DNA of 64,000 nt from Dehalococcoidia bacterium (GTDB lineage Bacteria; Chloroflexota; Dehalococcoidia; Lucifugimonadales; Lucifugimonadaceae), in the NCBI GenBank assembly GCA_965224305.1, contig OZ245044.1:2605027-2669026 (forward strand), written 5' to 3'. A program made the position numbers and the translations under genes. The notes under the pieces are model-generated. The model did not search any database. It saw nothing but the letters and a program-made list of their open reading frames with translations, and was not told the DNA's origin. Below are positions 9,891 to 20,015 of the stretch, in pieces. The stretch's first letter is position 1, and each line of letters starts with the position of its first letter.

Positions 9891-11279
9891 GTGCAGGGAA
9901 CACTACCCAAGATCGGACGCCGCATCGCAACGCGCGTCGAAGGGCGGAGTTTCATCAGCACGCTTTGGGCGTCCACGGTCCGCCACCGCGTCCTCATCGG
10001 CATCATCGCCCTCATCGGAATGATGATCATCAACAGCGTCGCTACCGGATTCGACCTCGCAATGCGCCTCGCATACCTACTAGTGATACTAGTTATCATC
10101 TCCTGGGTCTGGTCACGCATCGGCGCCATAAACATGAAAGCCAGCGTCAATCGCCCGACTGGTCCCTTCTCCGTCGGCGACGTCCTCAGCGAACGCATCG
10201 TCATCCAAAACTCCAACGGCGCACCCAAAGCATGGGTAGAAGTTGAAGATAAAACCACGCTGCCCGACGTCCATTTCCGAGAAGTCACCAGCTTCGGACT
10301 TATGGTCACCTTCAAGCGCGTCAACATGGAAGCCGCTCTTACCCAACGCGGCGAATACGACCTCGGCCCACTCGTCATCCGTGCAACCGACCCCTTCAAC
10401 CTATTCCCTCGCGACATCGAGTTCGAAGGCATCGACAAAGTCCTCGTATACCCGCGCGTCCTACCCATCCCCGACGTCGCGTCTTCCCGCGTCCTCCTCG
10501 CCGATGGTCATTCACGCCGACAGCGAATGCACGTCCTTTCCACCGACGTGTCTTCAGTACGTCAATACGCCGACGGCGACCCCATAGGCCGAATCCACTG
10601 GCTCACCACCGCACGTACCGGCGAACTCATGGTCAAACAATTCGATCAAGGCTCCGCCGGCGAGATGTGGGTCATCTTCGACCAGCACATCGACACCCAA
10701 GCCGGTTCCGGCAAAGACTCGACCGACGAATACGGCGCAACCATCGCAGCCTCCGTCGTCGACAAATACACCCGAACCTTTACCGAAGTCGGATACGTCG
10801 GATACGGCAGCAACGAACTCGTCGCCATGCCCGAACATACCGGCTCTCACCGCGAAAACATCCTCCGACACATCGCCGCAAGCAGACCTACCGGCAACGT
10901 CCCCATCATGGAAGCCCTCGCAGTACTCGACCGTGACCTCTTCGTAAGCTCCACCGTCATCGTCATCACCGCCGCAAGCGAAGGACAATGGATCGAAGCC
11001 CTCGGTGTCCTGCAACGACGCGGCATCCAAGTCATCTGCATCGTCCTTGACCGCAAATCCTTCGGCGGCGAGTCAAACGAAACAGTGATACCACGTCTCT
11101 CAATGTCCGGCGTCACCACCTACCGCATCTACAAAGGTGACGACATCACCGAAGCCCTAGGCGCAACCGCCGACGCCGACGCAACCGCCGCACGCATCTC
11201 AGCGCTCTACTACGGCGTCACCGAAACATCCCCCGAACCAACTGAAGCCGACGCCGGAACAAAGGCGGTTGCATCGTGA
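9891..11279 (+). CDS. DUF58 domain protein (vWA-like partner of MoxR)
   Basis: VRQYADGDPIGRIHWLTTARTGELMVKQFD signature and two N-terminal TM helices. GTGA overlap with the next gene. Confidence 0.85.
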   Translation: MQGTLPKIGRRIATRVEGRSFISTLWASTVRHRVLIGIIALIGMMIINSVATGFDLAMRLAYLLVILVIISWVWSRIGAINMKASVNRPTGPFSVGDVLSERIVIQNSNGAPKAWVEVEDKTTLPDVHFREVTSFGLMVTFKRVNMEAALTQRGEYDLGPLVIRATDPFNLFPRDIEFEGIDKVLVYPRVLPIPDVASSRVLLADGHSRRQRMHVLSTDVSSVRQYADGDPIGRIHWLTTARTGELMVKQFDQGSAGEMWVIFDQHIDTQAGSGKDSTDEYGATIAASVVDKYTRTFTEVGYVGYGSNELVAMPEHTGSHRENILRHIAASRPTGNVPIMEALAVLDRDLFVSSTVIVITAASEGQWIEALGVLQRRGIQVICIVLDRKSFGGESNETVIPRLSMSGVTTYRIYKGDDITEALGATADADATAARISALYYGVTETSPEPTEADAGTKAVAS

Positions 11280-14200
11280 CCACCGCGACGGCAGAACTCT
11301 CCGGCATCTTCGGTCGTTCAACCAGATCGGCCCGAAACCGACGCCTGCTCCGACGCAGACTCTTGCGCCGGGCATTCATCGCCGAAATCCCTGTCAGCGA
11401 TTGGATAGCACTCGGACTCGTCGGCTGGATGCTCGCAATGGTCGGATGGGCAGTTCAACTCGCAAAGTGGGGCGACCTCCCAAACATCGTTCCAACCGCA
11501 CTCATCGGCGCTCTCGTCGCCTTCTTCATGTCCAGAGTGCAGATCCCCACCCGCAGCGTCCTATCCAGTTGGGGACTCCCATTCAAAATCCTCGCCTTCA
11601 TTGCCAGCGGAATCGTAATCGTCTTCTGGCAAGGCTCCCTTAACGCCGAAGGAACAAACCCTATCGCAAGATCCGTCGACGCCTGGGACCGCTTCGAAAT
11701 ATGGATCGACATCGCCGTCAACGGCGGCATCAGCGCCGACCAAATCCCATTCGCCCTGCTCTTCATGACCGTCACATGGATACTCGCATACGCAACCACA
11801 ACCCTAACCTTCAAATTCCACAGCCCGTGGATCCCTGCAATCATGCTCGGCCTCGCGCTGCTCACCAATCTCAGCCACCGCATCGGCGAACACGAGCAGA
11901 CCTTCTACCTCTTCATGGTCGGAGCCGTCGCACAGTTCGCACACCTCGTAGCAGTCGGACGCATAAACCAATGGCGAACATCCGGCATTGACGTCCCCAG
12001 AGAAGCCCGGTGGATCGCCGCACGAGATGGCCTCATCCTCGCTTTCGCCGTTATGGTCATCGCCGCACTCATGCCACTCTTCCTACCGCGATCTGAAACC
12101 CTCAGCGTCAGATGGAACACAGTCTTCCTCGACCCCATAACCCAGTTCCGCGACACCGCCGAACGACTCCTCGCCGGCGTCCCAAGCGGCGACGACGGCC
12201 AGATCTACTCCCCGAACAACATCCTGCCATTCCAAGGCGGCATCGAACTCACCGACGACCCCGTCATGTGGATCCGCTCCCGCTACGCCAAGGTCCACCC
12301 GGCCCGCGTCTATCAGGAATACACGTCGCAGGGCTGGATCACCGCACCCAGCGTCGCACTACCCGCTAGTGCCGGCACCAAACTGCTAGCCAGCCCCGAC
12401 GAAAACGACATCGAAGAACGACAGCGCATCGACATCACCGTCGAACTCCTCGGAAAAACCGACCGCGTATTACCAGCCGCAGCCGTTCACACCCTCGATT
12501 ACCAAGCCGAAGTAGAAATCCTCGAACCACTCAGATGGGACGTCCCACTCGCCGGCAGCCCCGCCAAACTCGCAGAACTCCCCGAAGACCTCCGAGAGTT
12601 CGCATTCATGCTCCGTGAACGATTGATCCAGATGGCCGAGGATTCGCCCGTACACTCGCCGCCCGGACGCACCAACGAACGCCCGCCGTTCACCCTAAAC
12701 ACACAACCCGCAATGACCGCCGACGAGGTCAACTCCGCAATCCGGAACATGCAGTCCGGCATCCAGCCCATCATCAACGTCGAAGAGCAGCTCACATTCT
12801 CCATCACATCCAGCTCGCTCGAAGAACTCAACCTCTCCGATGACGGTGACTTCCAAGACATGACATTCTCAATGTCCGATACTTCTCTCTCCGAAGTCAC
12901 CACCGATTCCGACAACACCCCTGAAACACTCGGCATTCGCGTCTCCTCACTCACCCTCAAAGAGCAGGCCGACAAGAACGGTGGAAACGGCCCTGAAAAA
13001 CTCGAAATCATGCTGAAAATCGAGGACCTCATATCCCTCATCCAACCCGCCCTCGACCCGCTAGGGTCTACAACTCGCCCCAACACCACCCGCTTCAAAA
13101 TCACCAGCGCCGACATCGAGTCCATGGACTTATCCCGCAGCGGCATCGCTTGGGAGGAGTTCAGCTACCGCGTCTTCGCAGATACCGACGGAACCAACGC
13201 AAACTTCATGCGAATCGCTCGCAAAGGCCCGACCGAGCAGAACACCGTCACATTCGACGAAATCCTCGAAGAGAACCAGCAATACAGCGCCACAACATAC
13301 ATCTCAACCGCCGAAAACGCCGAACTCGCAAACTCCACGACCGATTACCCCAACTGGGTTGCTGACCGCTACCTCCAGCTTCCAGAAACCCTGCCAAGAG
13401 AAGTGCGTGACCTCGCAAACCAGATCGTCACCGACGCCAACGCGGAGACACCTTGGGAAAAGACCATCGCCGTTAAACGATTCCTCCAGCAACAGGTCTA
13501 CTCCCTAGAGATCGAAGGCCCCGGACCTCGCGACGACGGAATCCATTACTTCCTATTCAAAACCATCAACGAGCCCTGCCCATCCAAATTCCCGACCTGT
13601 GACAAATCCAAACGCAAGGGCTACAGCCAATACTTCGGATCCGCCGCCACCGTCATGCTCAGATCCGTAGGCGTGCCGGCACGCATGATCGCAGGCTGGA
13701 GCGCCGGCGAATACGTCCCCGACCAAGGACAGTTCCTCATCCGGGACCGCAACCGACACGGATGGACACAGATATTCGCACCGCCATACGGATGGATCGA
13801 CGTTGAAGTCACACCCGGAAGACCCGCCGTCCCGCGTAACGTCCTCGTGCCTACCACTCCGACAAACGCCATGCCGTTCGGACTCCCCAGCTCCGCAGAA
13901 TACGACCCCAACTACCTCGAATATCTGGAAGACTTGGACGAACTCGCCCTGCTCGAGCAACAACTCCGGCTTCGCGGCAACTTCAGACCCGCCGAAACCG
14001 ACCAAGGCTTGCTGCCATTCGATATCCCTATCATCCCAACCGCCGCCGCAACGTCCGCCATCCTCATCATCCTGATCGCAGTCTTCCTATGGCGATGGAA
14101 CCTCCGAGGACAACCGGTACCCGTACGCGCATACTCCCAATTCATTCGCGTCGCAGCAATCCTCGGCTACCGAAAACCAGCCCACGTCTCAGCCCGAGAG

Positions 14201-14551
14201 TTCACCAACGAAATCGGCCAAATGACCATGCGATACGGCGATGCGCGCCGCATCATCGAAGCCTTCGAAAAATGCGTCTACGGCCCCAACGAGACCCCCA
14301 ACGCCACCGAAGACGAACCACAGAACGAAGTCCTCAACGAAACGACAACCAAGCCAACCGAAACCGCATTGACCGAAGACACCGATGAGCCAGACGACGT
14401 TCCCGTAACCCAACAGCAAGCTCCCGAACTCTCCAATTCCTGGCGCAACCTCGCAAAAGCAATGCTCAAACACCGCGTCATGACACTCTTCGGCATGACC
14501 CCCGCCTACATCCCTGACGAAGCCCAAGAACAATACCGCTTCACCACCTAA
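11276..14551 (+). CDS. Membrane transglutaminase-like protein (TgpA-like) with Ser in place of catalytic Cys
   Basis: Multi-TM N-terminus. Core is KGYSQYFGSAATVMLRSVGVPARMIAGW...HGWTQIF...GWIDVEVTP. Third gene of the MoxR-DUF58-TGase operon. Confidence 0.8.
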   Translation: MTTATAELSGIFGRSTRSARNRRLLRRRLLRRAFIAEIPVSDWIALGLVGWMLAMVGWAVQLAKWGDLPNIVPTALIGALVAFFMSRVQIPTRSVLSSWGLPFKILAFIASGIVIVFWQGSLNAEGTNPIARSVDAWDRFEIWIDIAVNGGISADQIPFALLFMTVTWILAYATTTLTFKFHSPWIPAIMLGLALLTNLSHRIGEHEQTFYLFMVGAVAQFAHLVAVGRINQWRTSGIDVPREARWIAARDGLILAFAVMVIAALMPLFLPRSETLSVRWNTVFLDPITQFRDTAERLLAGVPSGDDGQIYSPNNILPFQGGIELTDDPVMWIRSRYAKVHPARVYQEYTSQGWITAPSVALPASAGTKLLASPDENDIEERQRIDITVELLGKTDRVLPAAAVHTLDYQAEVEILEPLRWDVPLAGSPAKLAELPEDLREFAFMLRERLIQMAEDSPVHSPPGRTNERPPFTLNTQPAMTADEVNSAIRNMQSGIQPIINVEEQLTFSITSSSLEELNLSDDGDFQDMTFSMSDTSLSEVTTDSDNTPETLGIRVSSLTLKEQADKNGGNGPEKLEIMLKIEDLISLIQPALDPLGSTTRPNTTRFKITSADIESMDLSRSGIAWEEFSYRVFADTDGTNANFMRIARKGPTEQNTVTFDEILEENQQYSATTYISTAENAELANSTTDYPNWVADRYLQLPETLPREVRDLANQIVTDANAETPWEKTIAVKRFLQQQVYSLEIEGPGPRDDGIHYFLFKTINEPCPSKFPTCDKSKRKGYSQYFGSAATVMLRSVGVPARMIAGWSAGEYVPDQGQFLIRDRNRHGWTQIFAPPYGWIDVEVTPGRPAVPRNVLVPTTPTNAMPFGLPSSAEYDPNYLEYLEDLDELALLEQQLRLRGNFRPAETDQGLLPFDIPIIPTAAATSAILIILIAVFLWRWNLRGQPVPVRAYSQFIRVAAILGYRKPAHVSAREFTNEIGQMTMRYGDARRIIEAFEKCVYGPNETPNATEDEPQNEVLNETTTKPTETALTEDTDEPDDVPVTQQQAPELSNSWRNLAKAMLKHRVMTLFGMTPAYIPDEAQEQYRFTT

Positions 14552-14705
14552 GCGCACCTCGGCGGGGCGGGTTGCAACCACACAACACATCCTCTTGCTT
14601 CAGGACGGGGCTATGGGTGGCCCCCACCCCACCAACAAAACATCACCAACCGCTACCAACCCAACCCGCAGCCGATTAAACGCGCCCAAAACCTACAATT
14701 ACCCC

Positions 14706-15251
14706 ATGACATCCCACACAACCTCATCCGAAATCTTCGAAACCGCACTCGGATGGATCGCCATCGCCGCCACCGAACGCGGCATCATCCGAACTTCACT
14801 ACCCGAACCGACACCCGACACAGCACTCGAAGCCATCTCCAACCTCGCAAACGGAACACCGGCCACACCCAATCAAGCGCCCAACCAAGCGATAAGCCAA
14901 GCCAAACAACTCCTCACCCTCTACTGCGAAGGCGAATCCGTCAATCTCAACAACATCCCCATCGACGACACCGCCTGGACCCCATACACCCAACGCGCCC
15001 GAGCCGCATGCCGCACCATCCCCCGAGGCGAATTCCGAACCTATGCATGGCTCGCCGAACAAGCATCCGGTAACCCCAAATCCGCTCGCGCCGCCGGCCG
15101 AGCGATGGCCACCAACCCCGTCCCGATCATCATCCCCTGCCACCGAGTAATCGGCTCCAGCGGCAAACTTCACGGCTTCGCCGGAACCATCGGCCTACCA
15201 CTAAAAGCCCGACTCCTAGAAATGGAAGGCGCCGCACTCGCGCCTCGATAG
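14706..15251 (+). CDS. ogt: Methylated-DNA--protein-cysteine methyltransferase
   Basis: Active-site motif IIIPCHRVIGSSGKLHGFAG. Start chosen at ATG 14706. Confidence 0.85.
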   Translation: MTSHTTSSEIFETALGWIAIAATERGIIRTSLPEPTPDTALEAISNLANGTPATPNQAPNQAISQAKQLLTLYCEGESVNLNNIPIDDTAWTPYTQRARAACRTIPRGEFRTYAWLAEQASGNPKSARAAGRAMATNPVPIIIPCHRVIGSSGKLHGFAGTIGLPLKARLLEMEGAALAPR

Positions 15252-15341
15252 CCACCAAGGCTCCCGTTTTACGATTGAAAGTTGAGGCGCATCGCCCATC
15301 CAACCCTTTCAATCAACACCAATCAGGGAACCCACCAACAA

Positions 15342-16565
15342 ATGGCCAGAGACAAGTGCGTGCTTGCTTACAGCGGCGGAATGGACTCCACCATCTCCAT
15401 CGTCTGGATCCGTGAAAACTACGACCTAGACGTAGTCACACTCACCGTCGACATCGGCGGCGGACCCGAACTCGAAGGCGTAAGAGAACGAGCCGCATCC
15501 GCGGGCGCCGTCGAATCCCTCATCTGGGACGTCAAAGAAGAGTTCGCCAGCGATTTCATCGTCCCCGGCCTAAAAGCCGGCGCAATGTACGAATCCGCAT
15601 ACGCTCTCTCAACCGCCTTCGGCCGACCCCTCATGGCCAAGAAACTCGTCGAAACCGCACGCCATGTCGGTGCCGTCGCCGTCGCCCACGGATGCACCGG
15701 AAAAGGAAACGACCAAGTCCGATTCGACGCCGGCATCAAAACCCTCGCCGCACACGGCGAACCCCTCCGCATCATCGCACCCGCCCGCGAGTGGGGCATG
15801 ACCCGCGACGAAGAAAAAGAGTTCGCAGCCCGTGCCGGACTCGAACTACGCGAAGTCGGCGACGACCAGCGCGTATACTCCATCGACCGCAACATGTGGG
15901 GCCTCGCTATCGAAGGCGAAGACCTCGAAGACACATGGTTCGCTCCGCCCGAAGACGCCTTCTCCTGGACGCAAGCCGCCGACCAGACGCCCGACGAACC
16001 TGAAGAGGTCTCAATATCGTTCGAAGAGGGCGTACCCGTCGCGCTCAACGACGAAAAAATGGACCTCGTCGAACTCATCGAGCAGCTCAACCTACTCGCC
16101 GGATCACACGGCGTCGGAAGAGTCGACCACCTCGAAAACCGCCTCGTCGGCATCAAATCACGCGAAGTCTACGAAACACCCGCCGCCGTAATCCTCTACC
16201 AAGCCCTAGCAGCACTCGAAACCGCAACCCTCTCACGAGACCAGCAACGGGTCAAAGCACAACTCGCACCCCTCTACGCCGACCTCGTCTACGACGGACG
16301 CTGGTACACCGGACTCCGCGAAAATCTCGACGCATTCGTCAACTCCGTCATGCGCTACACCACAGGCGACGTCCGCATCAAACTCTACAAAGGCTCCTCA
16401 ACCGTCACCGGAAGGCGATCACCGTACTCCCTCTACGACTTCGGATTGGCAACCTACTCCACCGAGGACGAGTTCGATCACGCCGCCGCAGTCGGTTTCA
16501 TCGACATCTACAGCCTCCCCGCGCGAACCCAGATGAAACGCCAGACAATGCGCGACGCCCGCTAA
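15342..16565 (+). CDS. argG: Argininosuccinate synthase
   Basis: VLAYSGGMDSTISIVW, AHGCTGKGNDQVRF and SIDRNMWG motifs. Confidence 0.9.
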   Translation: MARDKCVLAYSGGMDSTISIVWIRENYDLDVVTLTVDIGGGPELEGVRERAASAGAVESLIWDVKEEFASDFIVPGLKAGAMYESAYALSTAFGRPLMAKKLVETARHVGAVAVAHGCTGKGNDQVRFDAGIKTLAAHGEPLRIIAPAREWGMTRDEEKEFAARAGLELREVGDDQRVYSIDRNMWGLAIEGEDLEDTWFAPPEDAFSWTQAADQTPDEPEEVSISFEEGVPVALNDEKMDLVELIEQLNLLAGSHGVGRVDHLENRLVGIKSREVYETPAAVILYQALAALETATLSRDQQRVKAQLAPLYADLVYDGRWYTGLRENLDAFVNSVMRYTTGDVRIKLYKGSSTVTGRRSPYSLYDFGLATYSTEDEFDHAAAVGFIDIYSLPARTQMKRQTMRDAR

Positions 16566-16627
16566 CGATACCGCCACACAACGGACTAAACTCAAACAAA
16601 CACCCCGATGCCATACCATTCGATGGT

Positions 16628-19396
16628 GTGCAACCCCGCGCAACAACCATCCTCTTAGCTGTAGCCCTTGCCGCGATCATTACCCCCATCGCGCTCGCAA
16701 AAACAGCATCAGCCGACACCACAAACGTCACCTTCACCGACGGAACCCACCAAGTCGGCCAAGACATCCCGCCGGGAACCTACGTCACCGAAATCGACGA
16801 AGGCATCTGCAGAGTCGCCATCACCTCAACTGACGACGACCAACGCCAACCCACCTTCCTAAGCCGCGCAATCATCACCATCTCCAACCACGACACCGTC
16901 ATCGAAACAACCGGATGCGGCGATTGGCGACCACACACGCGAACCCGCCAAAAATCCATCTCTCGACAGTTCAGCGAAGGAACCCACGAAATCGGCGTCG
17001 ACATGCTACCCGGCATCTACACCGCCGACGGTAACAACGGGCGCTGCCTCTGGTTCACCCTCAACGACTTCTCACATCATCCCGATCCGAACCAACTAAT
17101 CACCTGGTGGAAAGTCGGCCAACCGGTAGTCGAACTCTCCAAAGACCACGTCGGCTTCTACTCCATCAGATGCGGAACCTGGCACCTCCGGGAACCCGAA
17201 AAGAACGATCAACCACTCACAGAGTTCGCCGACGGATCGCACCTAGTCGGCATCGACGTCGCACCAGGAATATACGTCACCGACTCCGATCACGGTTTCT
17301 GCGACTGGTTCCGAACCGCTCCATTCGGAGGCGCCAACTCCGACAACAGCGGAGGTTACCTTTCGCAAGGACCACAGATAGCCTCAATTCTGCCCACCGA
17401 CACCGGTTTCCACAGCGAAGGATGCGGAACATGGAAACCCTTCGCGGACCAAGATCTCGAAGCCGAACCCGCCGCAGCCATCGGCACAGGTACCCATGCC
17501 GTCGGCATCGACATCCAACCCGGCGCATACGTGGCCGAAGCGATCGAAGGCCAGCTGTGCCGATGGTTCTTCCTGTTAGGATTCGCAGGCAGGCCGTCAG
17601 ACATCGAAGCTTCCGACACCGGCGTGTTGCGCGGAATTGTCGAAGTCCCTCCTGACGTGGTGGGATTCAGGTCGTTAGGTTGCGGCGAGTGGACGATGGT
17701 CCAAAACGTCACGACTAAGGAAACCACCGCCGCGTTCGGCGATGGCGAACATATCGTCAACGTTCACGTCAAGCCCGGCATTTACGCATCTCCCGGACCG
17801 GAGACCGGTAGGTGCTCTTGGCGCCGAATCACCGGCTACGCGGCCCGACCGTCTGATCATGTAGCGGTCCGCAATCCTGTCGGCAAGAACATCGCCGAAA
17901 TTACCGATACCGACACCATCTTCGAAGCATTCGGGTGCGGCGAGTGGCTATCGATTGAATCGCTCGCCAAAGGAGATCAATTGACCGAATTCGGGCGCGG
18001 CACATGGGCGGTCGACGCAGAGATAAGTCCCGGCACATATTCGTCTCAAGTGCCCGACAGTTCAACGTGCTTTTGGAGCCGACTTTCTGCATTCACCGGC
18101 GAGCCAAAAGACTTCATCACGACTGATTTGTCTGTCGGACATTCCGTAATGACTATCCACCATTACGATGTGGGTTTCTATTCAGACGGTTGCGGGACAT
18201 GGACCGCAATTCCCGATGATTTTAGCCACGATGATCACCAACCGGTTGAAGTGTTGCAAGACGGTGTTTACGTCGTGAATCGAGACCTAGTTCCAGGTAC
18301 CTATGTCGCAGAAGGTCTAGACGGAGACGTCTGCTTCTGGAGTCGGTTGACATCGTTCGATGGTGACGCGTTCAATCGCATCAATACATATGCGAGTGCC
18401 GGGAAGGCGATTGCTACAGTCCTCGATTCAGATTCGGGCTTCCGTTCATTCGGGTGCGGAACTTGGCATAAAGTTGCCAACCCAAACCAACGATTTGACG
18501 ATGTCTCACCAATAAATGCGGAAGGAAACGATTTATCGGCTAGTGATTCAAACAACTCAAACCAAAATCGCGGGGACGAAAACGACGTTATTAACCGCAG
18601 ACTGATGTCTTCGACATTTTCCGATGGAACCTACGAGGTAGGCGTTGATATCGTGCCAGAAACCTATATAACTGCGGGCGAGGTTTTAACGACCTGCAAA
18701 TGGCGGCGCCTCTCGGACTTCACGTGGACCAGTGGCGTCATCATCGAAGCCGTCGCGTCTGGCATCAAGATCGTTACCGTAACAGAAAGAGACAAAGGTT
18801 TCGCATCACTAGGTTGCGGCAAGTGGAAACTGTTGGACATGCAAAACCAGATCGAAAGCGAATCCAAACGTGATCGGTTCGGCGACGGCTCGTACTTGGT
18901 GGACGTAAACATCGAACCCGGAACCTATGTTGCAGTGCCGAGGAAAGACGCCGGTTGCAGGTGGAGCCGAGTCGAGGATTTCACTGGCCAACCAGCTGAC
19001 ACAATCACGAGCGGAACCTCCGACGATAGATGGGTAGTCGAAATCGCCCCGAGCGACATCGGTTTCGTGTCTCATGGATGCGGCACCTGGCGCAATGTTG
19101 ACAATGTTCTGCCGCTAGGTCCGTTCCAAGAATTCAGCGATGGAACACACCGAGTCGGTAGAGACATAGTGTCAAATACGTACGTTGCTAATGTGCCTAC
19201 ACAACCGTTCATAGGTGGTGTTCCAGTGGCGAAGTGCAAATGGCAAAGGATCAGCGGTTTTGGTCACACCGAAGCGGAAATAATCGATTCAGGTAATGGC
19301 AAAGGCAAAATCGAGGTAACTATCGTACCGTCGGACGCCGGATTCGTATCTCAGGGCTGCGGCGAATGGAAAATGATCCATAAACGCAGTCAATAG
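16628..19396 (+). CDS. Secreted protein made of ten ~85-aa Cys-containing tandem repeats, unknown family
   Basis: GTG start and a signal peptide (AVALAAIITPIALAKTASA). Ten units follow of pattern F.DG.H.VG.DI.PG.Y......C.W.R...(30-40 aa)...D.GF.S.GCG.W. Confidence 0.75.
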   Translation: MQPRATTILLAVALAAIITPIALAKTASADTTNVTFTDGTHQVGQDIPPGTYVTEIDEGICRVAITSTDDDQRQPTFLSRAIITISNHDTVIETTGCGDWRPHTRTRQKSISRQFSEGTHEIGVDMLPGIYTADGNNGRCLWFTLNDFSHHPDPNQLITWWKVGQPVVELSKDHVGFYSIRCGTWHLREPEKNDQPLTEFADGSHLVGIDVAPGIYVTDSDHGFCDWFRTAPFGGANSDNSGGYLSQGPQIASILPTDTGFHSEGCGTWKPFADQDLEAEPAAAIGTGTHAVGIDIQPGAYVAEAIEGQLCRWFFLLGFAGRPSDIEASDTGVLRGIVEVPPDVVGFRSLGCGEWTMVQNVTTKETTAAFGDGEHIVNVHVKPGIYASPGPETGRCSWRRITGYAARPSDHVAVRNPVGKNIAEITDTDTIFEAFGCGEWLSIESLAKGDQLTEFGRGTWAVDAEISPGTYSSQVPDSSTCFWSRLSAFTGEPKDFITTDLSVGHSVMTIHHYDVGFYSDGCGTWTAIPDDFSHDDHQPVEVLQDGVYVVNRDLVPGTYVAEGLDGDVCFWSRLTSFDGDAFNRINTYASAGKAIATVLDSDSGFRSFGCGTWHKVANPNQRFDDVSPINAEGNDLSASDSNNSNQNRGDENDVINRRLMSSTFSDGTYEVGVDIVPETYITAGEVLTTCKWRRLSDFTWTSGVIIEAVASGIKIVTVTERDKGFASLGCGKWKLLDMQNQIESESKRDRFGDGSYLVDVNIEPGTYVAVPRKDAGCRWSRVEDFTGQPADTITSGTSDDRWVVEIAPSDIGFVSHGCGTWRNVDNVLPLGPFQEFSDGTHRVGRDIVSNTYVANVPTQPFIGGVPVAKCKWQRISGFGHTEAEIIDSGNGKGKIEVTIVPSDAGFVSQGCGEWKMIHKRSQ

Positions 19397-19462
19397 GCTT
19401 CGCTAAATGGAATTCTGCTCAGGTTGACGAACAGGTATACCGACCTGTAGCATTAAGGAGTT

Positions 19463-19963
19463 ATGTTCGTAACAGGTGCACGAAGGGATTCGCACATGGA
19501 CAAGCACCACTTGGAGGAAACTTTCCGGAGAGAAGCCAAGCGTCAACTTTCTGGGTTGGAAACTCGATTGTCCGAGACTGAGGGCAATATCAGAGTTCTC
19601 GACGCGGAACGCTCCAAGATAAACGCTGAGGTGATTGCACTTCGCTCTTTGATAGCGATCGATGATGGTCAACCAGTTGAGGATCGCGCGTCCGCATCCG
19701 CGTATGCCGCAGACCCTAGAGATGTGGCCGTTGCTATTTTGCGCGAAAAAAACGGCGAGGATATGCATTACAAGCTATTGGCGCAAGAAGTTGTCGACCG
19801 CGGTGGTCACTTGCCGGAAAAATCACCAGCGGCCGCTCTCAACGCAATAATGAACCGCGATCGAAGGTTCGTACGTCCTAATCGCCGCGGCTTCTACGCA
19901 CTAAGAGAACACCACCCGCGCGTAAAAGAAAATGCCGGTCGCCGACATCCTCGAAACGACTGA
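19463..19963 (+). CDS. Coiled-coil protein with C-terminal HARE-HTH-like winged helix
   Basis: The C-terminal MHYKLLAQEVVDRGGHLPEKSPAAALNAIMNRDRRFVRPNRRGFYALRE resembles the HARE-HTH of RpoE-delta and R-M-associated proteins. The start is uncertain (19463 or 19496). Confidence 0.5.
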   Translation: MFVTGARRDSHMDKHHLEETFRREAKRQLSGLETRLSETEGNIRVLDAERSKINAEVIALRSLIAIDDGQPVEDRASASAYAADPRDVAVAILREKNGEDMHYKLLAQEVVDRGGHLPEKSPAAALNAIMNRDRRFVRPNRRGFYALREHHPRVKENAGRRHPRND

Positions 19964-20015
19964 CCAGATCTTTGCCCGTCGCTCCGATTTCTCCGCACTC
20001 AAATTAGCGGTCGAA

